From NCBI GenBank assembly GCA_030650885.1, contig JAUSDE010000008.1, positions 1 through 37,861 on the forward strand: a stretch of 37,861 nucleotides of DNA. The letters are read 5' to 3'. Shown piece after piece: positions 1-8,458 of this stretch. The position numbers and the translations under genes were made by a program. Each line of letters opens with the position of its first letter. Position 1 is the first letter of the stretch. This DNA comes from Thermoleophilia bacterium. GTDB taxonomy: Bacteria; Actinomycetota; Thermoleophilia; BMS3ABIN01. The notes under the pieces were generated by a model. It did no database searches. It was not told the DNA's origin and saw only the letters and a list, made by a program, of their open reading frames with translations.

Positions 1-1590
1 TTTATTCTTTTTGGCGCTTTGCCGCTTTTCGCCGGATGTGGCGAAACAAAGACAGTTACCGATTCACAGGTCGCCGACTACAACAAGCCCGCCATCGTTT
101 ATATAGTCACGACCTGGTCGGCCGATGTCAGGATCCCGACCCTGGATATCAACCTGGACAGCCTTATTACCTGGACGACAGGCGAAGTCCTGGCAAAGCG
201 TGTCGCGAACAATGAGAGCGCCATATTGGCAGCCACTCTCAACGAGCTGATCGCACGACCGTCGCTTTATTTCATAGCCTCGAGTGAGACATTCACCGAG
301 CCGATGGAGAGTTCCATCAGCGGCAACGGTTTTCTCATAAACCCCGAAGGCAATATCATCACTGCAGCCCACATGGTCAAGGCTACCGAGAGCGACCTCG
401 AATTCGATATGGCAAAGGAAGCGGCCAGCACGGCGATCGTCGATGAGCTGGATGCTTTCGAGAGCGACCTCAGCGATCTCGTCGGCCAGGACGTAACGCT
501 TACGCAGGAAGACGCGGACAGTTTCATGCTGGCGGTGGCTTCCATCTACGCTGAAAACATAACCGTCAGCGATTCAAAACAGAAAACACAGGTCTACACC
601 GGCAACATGATCGACAAGGCCCGTGAAGGGGATAGCGGCATCACCGCCGAGACGGTCAAGGTCGGCGATCCGATAGACATGGACGAGGAAACCGGCAAGG
701 ACATCGCAATCCTCAAGATCAGCGGCAGCAATCTTCCTTCGGTCCAGCTCGGTGACGAAAGCAGCGTGCGCGAGGGCGACAAGGTGTTCGGCCTTGGTTA
801 CCTTTCACAGAAATCATCAGAAAGCGGCGAAGGCGACGGCCTGGCCTCCAAGGAGGACAAACCGACTCTGGTCTCCGGCAATGTTGCCGGCCACCGCAAG
901 ATGGATGGCGGCTGGGAAGTGCTGCAGATGCAGATACCTCTGGAGGAGGGCTCCAGTGGATCGCCGATCCTGAACAGTAACGGCGACGCGATCGGGTCCA
1001 TGACGTTCGTCAACGTCAATACGGATTCGGAATCCGGAGTCGATACCAGTATCGCCACGGAGAAATTCGCGATTCCGATCTCGGTGGTCAAGGATTACAT
1101 GAGCCAGGTAAACGTCAGTGCTTCCGCGGGGACCGCGACAAAGGCCTATCGCGAGGGCGTGGACCTCTTCAGCCAGCAACACTACAGTGCCGCCAAGAAG
1201 AAATTCGAGGAGGTCAAAAGCAGCAACGCCGACTATCCGTTCATCGGGGATTACATCGCCGAGTGCCAGAGCAACATCGACAAGGGCCTCGACAAGGGCA
1301 CCTTCCCGTGGCTCGTGGTGATCATCGTAATTGCCGGAGCAGCAGTGGTGGGCATTCTGCTGGTCGTGTTCCTGGTGATCCTACCCGGCTCGAAGAAGAA
1401 AAAGCAGGCCAGCGTACAGGGCGGCCCGGCGGCGCCCCCGGCTTTGGGGCCACCGGCTGGTGATAGCAGCCTGCCTCCTGGAAGCGACGGACCGGCGGCT
1501 GGAGACAGCGGACCTTCAACCGGAGGCACCGGGCCTTCGACTGGAGACGGGAAAGAACCTCCTGCCGGAGGCAGTGCCCCCGCAGCTTAA
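1..1590 (+). CDS. Trypsin-like serine protease, predicted lipoprotein (5' end outside window), with a C-terminal TM helix and a Pro/Gly/Ser-rich tail
   Basis: Frame 1 is open from nt 1 (FILFGALPLFAGCGE: hydrophobic stretch plus lipobox-like FAGC, Cys codon 37-39), so the TTG at 19 is probably internal. Catalytic-triad contexts are ITAAHMV (His), KDIAILKI (Asp) and GSSGSPIL (Ser). The TM segment FPWLVVIIVIAGAAVVGILLVVFLVIL is followed by KKKKQ and a low-complexity P/G/S tail. TAA stop at 1588-1590. Confidence 0.8.
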   Translation, partial: FILFGALPLFAGCGETKTVTDSQVADYNKPAIVYIVTTWSADVRIPTLDINLDSLITWTTGEVLAKRVANNESAILAATLNELIARPSLYFIASSETFTEPMESSISGNGFLINPEGNIITAAHMVKATESDLEFDMAKEAASTAIVDELDAFESDLSDLVGQDVTLTQEDADSFMLAVASIYAENITVSDSKQKTQVYTGNMIDKAREGDSGITAETVKVGDPIDMDEETGKDIAILKISGSNLPSVQLGDESSVREGDKVFGLGYLSQKSSESGEGDGLASKEDKPTLVSGNVAGHRKMDGGWEVLQMQIPLEEGSSGSPILNSNGDAIGSMTFVNVNTDSESGVDTSIATEKFAIPISVVKDYMSQVNVSASAGTATKAYREGVDLFSQQHYSAAKKKFEEVKSSNADYPFIGDYIAECQSNIDKGLDKGTFPWLVVIIVIAGAAVVGILLVVFLVILPGSKKKKQASVQGGPAAPPALGPPAGDSSLPPGSDGPAAGDSGPSTGGTGPSTGDGKEPPAGGSAPAA

Positions 1591-1621
1591 TCAGCTGAGG
1601 CCAGCGGCCTGAATTCAACAC

Positions 1622-1653
1622 AAAAAAAGGCGCCCCGCGAGGGGCGCCTTTTG
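1622..1653. terminator. Bidirectional intrinsic terminator between convergent genes
   Basis: aaaaaaa-GGCGCCCC-gcga-GGGGCGCC-tttt: perfect 8-9 bp GC stem (1628-1649) flanked by an A-run and a T-run. It lies between the protease stop (1590) and the phasin-like gene stop (1705). Confidence 0.8.
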
Positions 1654-1704
1654 ATTCTTTATGTAATCCGGGCCTAACCTGGCCTACTACATATTTTCAA
1701 CCTT

Positions 1705-2073
1705 CTAAGTCGGTTCCTCTTCATCAGTAGGCGTAACCGTGAAGCCGGTCTGCGGCTCTTCCACTCGCAGTGGCTTGCCGTAGACTTTGGCCTCCAGCAC
1801 TGTCAGGCGGTGATCGATTTCATCAACGTGTTCCCTGGTGGCTACGCCCATTCCGCGCAGCGTGTCCTGGTAAGTATCGGAGGCCATCTCCTTGATGTTC
1901 GCGCCGCTTTCTTTGGCGCTGCCGGCTGCCTCCCTGATGAACACCTCGCCTTCCTCTTTGGTCATCTGGCCCCGCTTCACCAGCTCGTTCGCAAGTTCAT
2001 CGACCTTGTCCTTCGTCAGCGAGGCGGCGCCCACGCCCAGCAGTAAAACCTTCTCCATCAATTCGCTGATCAT
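1705..2073 (-). CDS. Phasin-like / PHA synthesis regulator family protein (COG3937-like)
   Basis: The N-terminus EKVLLLGVGAASLTKDKVDELANELVKRGQMTKEEGE matches the phasin-like family pattern as I recall it. SD AAGGGGGAAG lies just upstream of ATG 2073. The terminator is immediately downstream. Confidence 0.6.
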   Translation of the reverse strand: MISELMEKVLLLGVGAASLTKDKVDELANELVKRGQMTKEEGEVFIREAAGSAKESGANIKEMASDTYQDTLRGMGVATREHVDEIDHRLTVLEAKVYGKPLRVEEPQTGFTVTPTDEEEPT

Positions 2074-2157
2074 GACTTCCCCCTTCGTTTGAAAACATTT
2101 GGCCCGGCTTCACACCACGCTTCGATTTCCGGAGCCGCTCGAACTCTCCATAACCTC

Positions 2158-3654
2158 TCAGCCAGCCTGGGCTTTCTCTGATATCTTCGCCTTGATGTCC
2201 ACGAACTGGGTCTCGATCCACTTCTGGATGTCGTTGTGCTTGACTGCCTCCCTTATCATACCCGCCCTTCGGCTTTTCTCATCCTGTTTCATGACCAGCG
2301 CCTGGTAGATGGCCTCAGCCTGGCTTTCCAGGTCGAATGGGTTGACCGACAGGCAGTATTCGCCGAGCTCTTCGTGGGCGCCGGTGTTCTCCGAGAGGAC
2401 CAGCACACCGTCGTGGCGGTTGATCAGGCCGGCCTCCTTGGCGATCAGGTTCATTCCGTCGTAAATAGCGTTCACCATAAGCACATCGAACTGTTTGTAG
2501 GAGGCCACCGAGCGCATGAAGTTGTCCTGCATGCGCACATCGATGGGCATCCAGTTGGTGGTTCCGTGTTTCGTATTTATGAATTCCACCTCGCGCATGA
2601 TCTGCTCACGGTAGGTGTTGTACTCCTTGACGTCCCCGCGCGACGGTTGTAACAGCGCCAGAAAAGTGATGCGCTGTTTGAACTCGGGATGTTCGTCGAG
2701 GAACATGTCGAAAGCCTTGAAACCGCGAACGATGTTCTTGGAGAGGTCCATGCGGTCGACCCGCAGCACCAGATACTCGCGGCGCAACGCCTCGATGGCG
2801 CGCTCTTCCTCAAGTACCGCTTCGCTCTCGGCCAGCCGCTCGAAATCGGCGCAGTCGATGGAGATGGGATAGGCGCGAGCCCAGACGTCGCGGCCACCGA
2901 TCCTGATACTGGAACGGCCATAGTCGATCTCCACCTCTTTGCCCAGGAGTTCCTCACAGCTGACCAGGAAGTTCCTCACATACCTCTGGGTATGGAAAGC
3001 GACGATGTCGTTGGCCAGCAGCCCACGCACGATTGCCTGCCGGATATGGCGCGGCAGCACACGCCAGGAATCTGACTGGGGCCAGGGGATGTGCACGAAT
3101 TGATGCAGGAACGCTTCGGGATGCCGCTCGCGCACCAGGCCGGGACAGGTATAGAGATGATAGTCATGCAGCATCACCACGGGACGCTCGCCCTCGCGGC
3201 TATCGAGTTCGTCACAGACGGCGTCCGCGAACTCCTGGTTGACTACCTGATAGCCATTCTCCCAGGCCTCGAACTCGTTGTGCCGGATGTCCGGAACCAC
3301 GGAAAGGTCCCAGAGGTAATGCTGGATGAACCAGATGAGCGGATTGGCGATGATATTGTAAAACTTGTTGTACACGTCAGGGTCGGAGACGACGAAGCGC
3401 AATCCTAATCTGTGCTCATCATGGGTGACCTTGGTGCTGCCGCCGCCGACGCGGATACTGACTTCGGTATCCTCCGGGGTCATGGCGCTGGCGATCCATG
3501 TGATCTCGCAGGAAGCAGCCACGCCCAGAAGCGCCGTCACCAGCCCGCCGCCACCGCGGACCGTCTTGAGTTCCCCGTCCTCACCGCGCTGATAGGAGAT
3601 CGGCCCGCGGTTCGATACCAGGATCAGCTCGTTTTCGAAGGGACACTGTTCCAA
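2158..3654 (-). CDS. otsA: Alpha,alpha-trehalose-phosphate synthase (GT20, OtsA-like)
   Basis: GT20 hallmarks are present: LILVSNRGP, MLHDYHLY, FVHIPWPQSDSW, LANDIVAFHTQRYVRNFL, RVDRMDLSKNIVRGF, YDGMNLIAKE. TTG start 3654 is preceded by GGGAGG. A related GT20 activity (e.g. glucosylglycerol-P synthase) cannot be excluded. Confidence 0.8.
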   Translation of the reverse strand: MEQCPFENELILVSNRGPISYQRGEDGELKTVRGGGGLVTALLGVAASCEITWIASAMTPEDTEVSIRVGGGSTKVTHDEHRLGLRFVVSDPDVYNKFYNIIANPLIWFIQHYLWDLSVVPDIRHNEFEAWENGYQVVNQEFADAVCDELDSREGERPVVMLHDYHLYTCPGLVRERHPEAFLHQFVHIPWPQSDSWRVLPRHIRQAIVRGLLANDIVAFHTQRYVRNFLVSCEELLGKEVEIDYGRSSIRIGGRDVWARAYPISIDCADFERLAESEAVLEEERAIEALRREYLVLRVDRMDLSKNIVRGFKAFDMFLDEHPEFKQRITFLALLQPSRGDVKEYNTYREQIMREVEFINTKHGTTNWMPIDVRMQDNFMRSVASYKQFDVLMVNAIYDGMNLIAKEAGLINRHDGVLVLSENTGAHEELGEYCLSVNPFDLESQAEAIYQALVMKQDEKSRRAGMIREAVKHNDIQKWIETQFVDIKAKISEKAQAG

Positions 3655-3668
3655 GAGACCTCCCGAGG

Positions 3669-3698
3669 CCGGCCCGGGACCAGCAGGTCCCGGCCTGT
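3669..3698 (-). other. Intercistronic GC-rich hairpin between the GT4 gene and otsA
   Basis: CCGGGACC (3674-3681), loop agca, GGTCCCGG (3686-3693), with partial extension. It sits in the 48-nt gap between the GT4 stop (3703) and the otsA start (3654). No U-tract. Confidence 0.35.
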
Positions 3699-3702
3699 CG
3701 AT

Positions 3703-4935
3703 TTAACCCTTGAGTTCGGTGAAAAGCTTTAGATAATCGCGGAGCAGGCGAGGCGTCAGATAGTTGGCCCTGACGTGTTCCTTACCGGCGCGCCCCATGA
3801 TCTTTGCTTCCTTGGGATTATCCAGTACCCACATGCACTTCTCGGCACACTGCTCGACTGAGTTCACAAGAAAACCTGTCTCGCCGTCGTCGATCTGCTG
3901 GGGGATGCCGCCGACGTTGCCGCCGATAGTCGGCTTGGCTTTCCACAGGCCCTCACTGATCGTGAGGCCGAAGCCCTCCCGCGTGGATTTCTGGATGATG
4001 ACATCAGCGCGCGACTGGAAGGCGTTTACTTCCAGGTTGCCGACGTTGTTCAGGTTGGAGAGGATGAGCACATCGCTGTCGTCTCCGGCATGTTCCACAG
4101 TGCTGGTGAAAAAGGTCCAGCCTTCGGGGTCATCGGTGGCCATTGAACCGACCAGCGCCAGCCTCACCGAGGCGAACTCCTTCTTGACGATCTTGTAGGC
4201 GTCGATGACGCCGAGCGGATCCTTCCAGGGATCGAAACGGGAGATCTGTAACATCAGCGGCCGGTCCGGCTCGACGCCGAACTGGCTGACCACGTAGTCG
4301 GCATCCTCCGGCGACAGGGCCATGTTCTTGGTGGAAAGCGGGTCGATGGCCGGGGCGATCACCTTGATGGGGATGTCCAGGCCCTTGAAAACATAATCCT
4401 GGAGGGTGAACAGCGCCGTGTCATACTCAGAGATATACGGCAAAAGATAATCGGCTACTTCCTGGTTAGGTGTAGATGTGTCGATGTGGCAGCGCCAGAT
4501 CCACTTTGCTCCCAGGTCGCCGGCGTAATGCCGGAGCAGCAGCGGCTGCGGGTCATGAACAACAACGAAGTCGAAGCCTTTGCCCAGCGATTCGGCGGTG
4601 AGCCGGTTGTTCCTCTCGTAGATCTCCTTCTGGGTGGCATCGAGGCCGAGAGAATTCCCCTGGAGAGCGTTATGGGTTATCTTGGTGCCCTCGTAGAACT
4701 CCTGCTCCGCCATGATAATACGCCACTCAGCGTCCAGCCCGATGTCGCGCATCAGCGGGACCAGGGTATAAAGGATCTCGGCGACACCGCCACCGAAGGC
4801 AGTGGCGTTCACGTGGAGGACCCTGGCGCCCTTGAGCCCTTCCGCCAGTTCCCGGATCTCCTCGATCAGCGGGCGGACGACGACGCTCTGGTAATCCGCC
4901 AGAAATTTGTGGCCTACATGGACTTCCTGCAGCAA
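3703..4935 (-). CDS. GT4-family glycosyltransferase, TreT-like trehalose synthase (tentative)
   Basis: HVNATAFGGGVAEILYTLVPL, VVVHDPQPLLL, WIWRCHIDTSTPN and the C-terminal GT-B motif STREGFGLTISEGLWKAKP...GGIP resemble trehalose glycosyltransferring synthases as I recall them. TTG start 4935 with AGGAGG 7 nt upstream. Confidence 0.6.
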   Translation of the reverse strand: MLQEVHVGHKFLADYQSVVVRPLIEEIRELAEGLKGARVLHVNATAFGGGVAEILYTLVPLMRDIGLDAEWRIIMAEQEFYEGTKITHNALQGNSLGLDATQKEIYERNNRLTAESLGKGFDFVVVHDPQPLLLRHYAGDLGAKWIWRCHIDTSTPNQEVADYLLPYISEYDTALFTLQDYVFKGLDIPIKVIAPAIDPLSTKNMALSPEDADYVVSQFGVEPDRPLMLQISRFDPWKDPLGVIDAYKIVKKEFASVRLALVGSMATDDPEGWTFFTSTVEHAGDDSDVLILSNLNNVGNLEVNAFQSRADVIIQKSTREGFGLTISEGLWKAKPTIGGNVGGIPQQIDDGETGFLVNSVEQCAEKCMWVLDNPKEAKIMGRAGKEHVRANYLTPRLLRDYLKLFTELKG

Positions 4936-4985
4936 AAAATTACCTCCTGCGAGTGCCGGACTGCTGTAATGGACCTATGTTTAGC

Positions 4986-5010
4986 AGGGGCGGCCCTCCG
5001 GGCCGCCCCT
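4986..5010 (-). terminator. GC-rich hairpin downstream of the radical SAM gene (terminator-like, no U-tract)
   Basis: AGGGGCGGCCC-tcc-GGGCCGCCCCT, about 10-11 bp perfect stem, in the gap between the AmrS stop (5059) and the GT4 start (4935). Confidence 0.4.
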
Positions 5011-5058
5011 GCGGCTGTTGCTCGAATGAAACGCTATCGGCCGGCGCGCCTGCGCCCT

Positions 5059-6087
5059 TTAAGACCCGGCCTCATCCTTCCCTGACTGGATTATATTCAA
5101 ATCTTCACCACAGAAGGTACAATAACCTTCCCGAACGTCGATTTTGCCCAGACTGTAGCCGTCGCGCCGGATGACCACACGCTTGCAGTTTGAGCACACC
5201 GTGTTCTCTCCTTCATGACCCGGGACATTGCCCACATAGATGAATTTCAGGCCCGCGTCGCGCCCGATGGCGACGGCGCGCTCCAGGGTCGCGATGGGTG
5301 TCGGAGAAAGATGGGACAGTTCCAGATACGGGAAAAAGCGGGTCACGTGCCAGGGTGTCTTTTCTCCCAGGTCACGTGCGATCCATTCAGCGATGGAACG
5401 CAGCGTCTCGTCGTCGTCATTGACCGTAGGTATGATGTTTGTGACTATCTCCACATGGCAGCCGTGTACTTTTTTGGCGCGGACTGCTGCCTCGAAAATG
5501 GGTTCGACATCCGAGATCTTCGCCAGGAACTTGTAAGTCTCGGGGCGGAACCCCTTAATGTCTACCCGGTAGGCATCCAGGTGCGGCGCGATGATGTCGA
5601 GCGCTTCCCGGGTGATATAACCGTTGGTCACGAAGACCGTGTAGAGTCCTTCCGCATGGCAGGCCTTCGCGCCCGCCAGGGCGTATTCAAGCCAGATCGT
5701 GGGCTCATTATAGGTCCAGGCGACGCCGGAGCAGTCGTTCTGTCTGGCGATGCGCGGCAGGTTTTCGGCGGGCAGCCGTCGCATCTGGTCGCCGTCATCC
5801 ACGGCGTCGGCATGGGCTATCTGCCAGTTCTGGCAGTGGAGACAGCGCATGTTGCAGCCAAGAGTCCCGACCGACAGCACCTGGGTGCCGGGATGAAAAT
5901 GGAACAGCGGTTTTTTTTCGATGGGGTCGGCCGCCACGGACACGACCTGGTCGTAGATCAGCGTGTAGCATTTGCCGCCCACATTGGTGCGGGTCTTGCA
6001 GATGCCAAGTTTGCCTTCGGCGATCACACACAGGCGCGGACAGACATGGCAGCGGACCTTGCCGCTGTCACGCGGCTCCCAGAGCAA
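5059..6087 (-). CDS. amrS: AmmeMemoRadiSam system radical SAM enzyme (PFL-activase-like)
   Basis: N-terminal Cys cluster VRCHVCPRLCVIAEGKLGICKTR. Radical-SAM motif GCNMRCLHCQNW (CxxxCxxC). C-terminal CSNC...CTFC. Length is about 340 aa, typical of this family. Confidence 0.8.
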   Translation of the reverse strand: MLWEPRDSGKVRCHVCPRLCVIAEGKLGICKTRTNVGGKCYTLIYDQVVSVAADPIEKKPLFHFHPGTQVLSVGTLGCNMRCLHCQNWQIAHADAVDDGDQMRRLPAENLPRIARQNDCSGVAWTYNEPTIWLEYALAGAKACHAEGLYTVFVTNGYITREALDIIAPHLDAYRVDIKGFRPETYKFLAKISDVEPIFEAAVRAKKVHGCHVEIVTNIIPTVNDDDETLRSIAEWIARDLGEKTPWHVTRFFPYLELSHLSPTPIATLERAVAIGRDAGLKFIYVGNVPGHEGENTVCSNCKRVVIRRDGYSLGKIDVREGYCTFCGEDLNIIQSGKDEAGS

Positions 6088-6190
6088 TCCTTCGTGGAGG
6101 TTTTCTTCCGTGACTTTTATTGGGGTTTCCCTTACGGCTTTGCCTGCCAGCTTCCCGCCAGCAGGTCATTCCAAACTTGCGGACCGGGCG

Positions 6191-7165
6191 TCAGGCGGAT
6201 TTCCCATACACAGAGCGGAGCCTGGCGACACCCTCGTCCATGGCTTCGATGATGGCGTCGAACATCTCCTGATTGGCTGCTGCCACGCAGGACATCTGGA
6301 AGGAATGATCCGAGCCGAGCAACAGCCGGCTCGCCAGCAGCTTGCCCCAGCCATCGCCAAAGATGGCGCCGGCCTCGCGGGCGATGATGCCGGCGGCGGC
6401 CAGGTCGTGGGGCGAGTTATTAAGCACCGCGCCCTTGCCCACTTCCTCGAATATGGATTTGACCTCGGGAACGTCCTCGATCATCCGGGGACCGATATCA
6501 ATATAGGCGTCGAGCTGGCCGGTGAGTACGCGGGTGATCGAATAGGTGGCGCTACCCAGGTCGAAGACAGCGCCGTCCACCGAGGAGATATCCACCAGGT
6601 CGCCCATGGCTTCCATGAGTACGCGCGCGGGGCGGCCGCGGAAGCCGATGGTCCAGAAAAGTTTTGAAAGATCGGTGTTCCCGGAAAGGATAACCGGCAC
6701 CGCTTCGCCCTCAATGGTAGTGATCGTGACGCCCTCGCCGCGGGCGGCGGTAAAGGTCGTGCCGCTCTTGATCTCGCTCAGGCAGCCGAAAACGACGTCG
6801 CCCATAGTCGGCGCCTCGGTCAACTCGGCCACAGCAACGGAGACCATGGCGCATTCCAGCCCGGCCGCCGCCGGACGCGTGCCGTCCACCGGATCGACGA
6901 TGAGGACATGTGCGGGTTCGGAATCTCCGAAGCGGAGCAGGCCCCGGTCCTCGGAATAAACGGCGATGCTGATACCGCTGTCCTCCAGATATTTGACCAG
7001 GAAGTCCTCAGCCAGCTCGTCGATGCCAAAAGTGACGTCGCCGCCGACTGCGGTGCCGGCGTGAGTGCGCGCGGCTGCCTTGCCGATGTGAGGCAGCACG
7101 ACCTGCCGCAGCGATGTGCAGAGGTCGACAGCCAGGTCCTTGATGTCCAGTGATGCCTTGCTCAC
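6191..7165 (-). CDS. Inositol monophosphatase / FBPase-family phosphatase
   Basis: LIVDPVDGT (DPxDGT metal site) and SPHDLAAAGIIAREAGA (WDxAAG-type motif). GTG start 7165 lies 6 nt after the upstream gene's stop. Confidence 0.75.
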   Translation of the reverse strand: MSKASLDIKDLAVDLCTSLRQVVLPHIGKAAARTHAGTAVGGDVTFGIDELAEDFLVKYLEDSGISIAVYSEDRGLLRFGDSEPAHVLIVDPVDGTRPAAAGLECAMVSVAVAELTEAPTMGDVVFGCLSEIKSGTTFTAARGEGVTITTIEGEAVPVILSGNTDLSKLFWTIGFRGRPARVLMEAMGDLVDISSVDGAVFDLGSATYSITRVLTGQLDAYIDIGPRMIEDVPEVKSIFEEVGKGAVLNNSPHDLAAAGIIAREAGAIFGDGWGKLLASRLLLGSDHSFQMSCVAAANQEMFDAIIEAMDEGVARLRSVYGKSA

Positions 7166-7171
7166 AAGCGG

Positions 7172-8338
7172 TTAGTATAGCGGAAAAACCGCTTCCCTGA
7201 TTTCGGCGGCGCCCTTCCGGGCGAGTCCGCGGGCGATGTCTATGGGCCCGGGATCGACCGGAGGCGGTTCGTCCCCGGTGAGGGTCAGAGGCACCTCGTT
7301 GTCGGCATAGCGGCCGCAGAGCTCGCGCCAGCTTTCCGGCAGTGGTTCTGGCAGGTCGGCGTCGGCCATCTCGGCCATCAGACGGGTCCAGGCCCTGGGA
7401 ACAACCGTATAGGCCTGGTAGCCGCCGCCACCGGAACCGAGCCAGCGCCCGCCTGCGGCATCGTGAACCAGATCATGCAGGCGGTGGCCGAGCGCGGCGA
7501 AACCTGGAAGCGTTAGACCCATATGCGTCAACGGGTCGCTCCAATGTCCGTCGCATCCGTTCTGGGTGATGATTATTTCGGGCTGGAAGCTACGGGCCAG
7601 GTCGGGCACCAGTTCTTCGTATGCTTCGAGAAAGATGTCGTCGGTTGTGCCCGGCGACAGCGGCAGGTTGATGGCATATCCAAGGCCATCGCCGGTGCCG
7701 GTCTCGTTGGTGAAACCGGTTCCCGGAAAGAGGTGCATCCCGGATTCGTGGAAAGAGACGGTCATGACCCCGGGGTCGCCATAAAACATCTCCTGGACGC
7801 CGTCGCCATGGTGGGCGTCGAAATCCAGATAGAGGACGCGGGCGTCGTAATTCTTGCGCAGCCAGGCCGCCGCCAGTGCCACGTCGTTGTATATGCAAAA
7901 ACCCGATGCGCGGGCGCGCCGGGCATGGTGCAGGCCACCACCCACATGCAGGGCGTGGTCCAGCTCCCCCTCCATGATCAATCCAGCCGCCACCAGAGCT
8001 CCACCGGCGATGGTCGCGGAAGCGTCGTGCATTCCCGGGAAAACCGGATTGTCTCCGGTGCCGAGGCCCCAGCCGGGAGCATAATCCTTATCCAGGACAG
8101 GAGCGCTCATCTCACGGACCTTCTCGATGTAAGCCGGGTCGTGGATGAGGGCCAGTTCTTCGTCAGTGGCCATACGCGGCTCGACGATGCGCACGCGTTC
8201 GTCGGGAAGGTCGGGGAGGCTGTAAGCCTTGATGAGTTCGGCGGTTAGCTGAAGCCGCACTGGCTTCATGGGATGCCATGGGCTGAAATCATAGCCCATG
8301 TAGCTATCGCTGTAGATGAGTGCGGAGTGTCCCGGCAT
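7172..8338 (-). CDS. acuC: Histone deacetylase-family enzyme (acetoin utilisation AcuC-like deacetylase)
   Basis: GGGLHHARRARASGFCIYNDVA, LDFDAHHGDGVQEMF and SFHESGMHLFPGTG are classical class I/II HDAC/AcuC motifs. Confidence 0.8.
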   Translation of the reverse strand: MPGHSALIYSDSYMGYDFSPWHPMKPVRLQLTAELIKAYSLPDLPDERVRIVEPRMATDEELALIHDPAYIEKVREMSAPVLDKDYAPGWGLGTGDNPVFPGMHDASATIAGGALVAAGLIMEGELDHALHVGGGLHHARRARASGFCIYNDVALAAAWLRKNYDARVLYLDFDAHHGDGVQEMFYGDPGVMTVSFHESGMHLFPGTGFTNETGTGDGLGYAINLPLSPGTTDDIFLEAYEELVPDLARSFQPEIIITQNGCDGHWSDPLTHMGLTLPGFAALGHRLHDLVHDAAGGRWLGSGGGGYQAYTVVPRAWTRLMAEMADADLPEPLPESWRELCGRYADNEVPLTLTGDEPPPVDPGPIDIARGLARKGAAEIREAVFPLY

Positions 8339-8400
8339 GGCACGTTATACTACCATGCGCCAGCAGATGAAACCGGTTGTTCGTCTTACCTTGCGGCTAC

Positions 8401-8432
8401 AGACAAAGGGGCGGCCCACAACTGGTCGCCCC
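8401..8432 (-). terminator. Intrinsic terminator of the htrA operon
   Basis: On the minus strand: GGGGCGACC-aguugug-GGCCGCCCC followed by UUUGUCU. It lies 27 nt after the htrA stop (8459). Confidence 0.7.
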
Positions 8433-8458
8433 GCCATCTTCCGTAAAATTTTCCGACT

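Noticed and set aside
5215-6252. 345-aa plus-strand ORF antisense to the radical SAM gene
   Set aside because: It lies entirely inside a well-supported minus-strand CDS. It has an Arg/Gly/Ala/Val-rich composition and no recognisable motifs. This is a typical shadow ORF of GC-rich DNA.
7523-8248. 241-aa plus-strand ORF antisense to acuC. Similar cases at 16871..17608, 19497..20078, 4486..5085, 22118..22666 and 24793..25461
   Set aside because: All are nested antisense to motif-supported genes, so they are GC-rich shadow ORFs.
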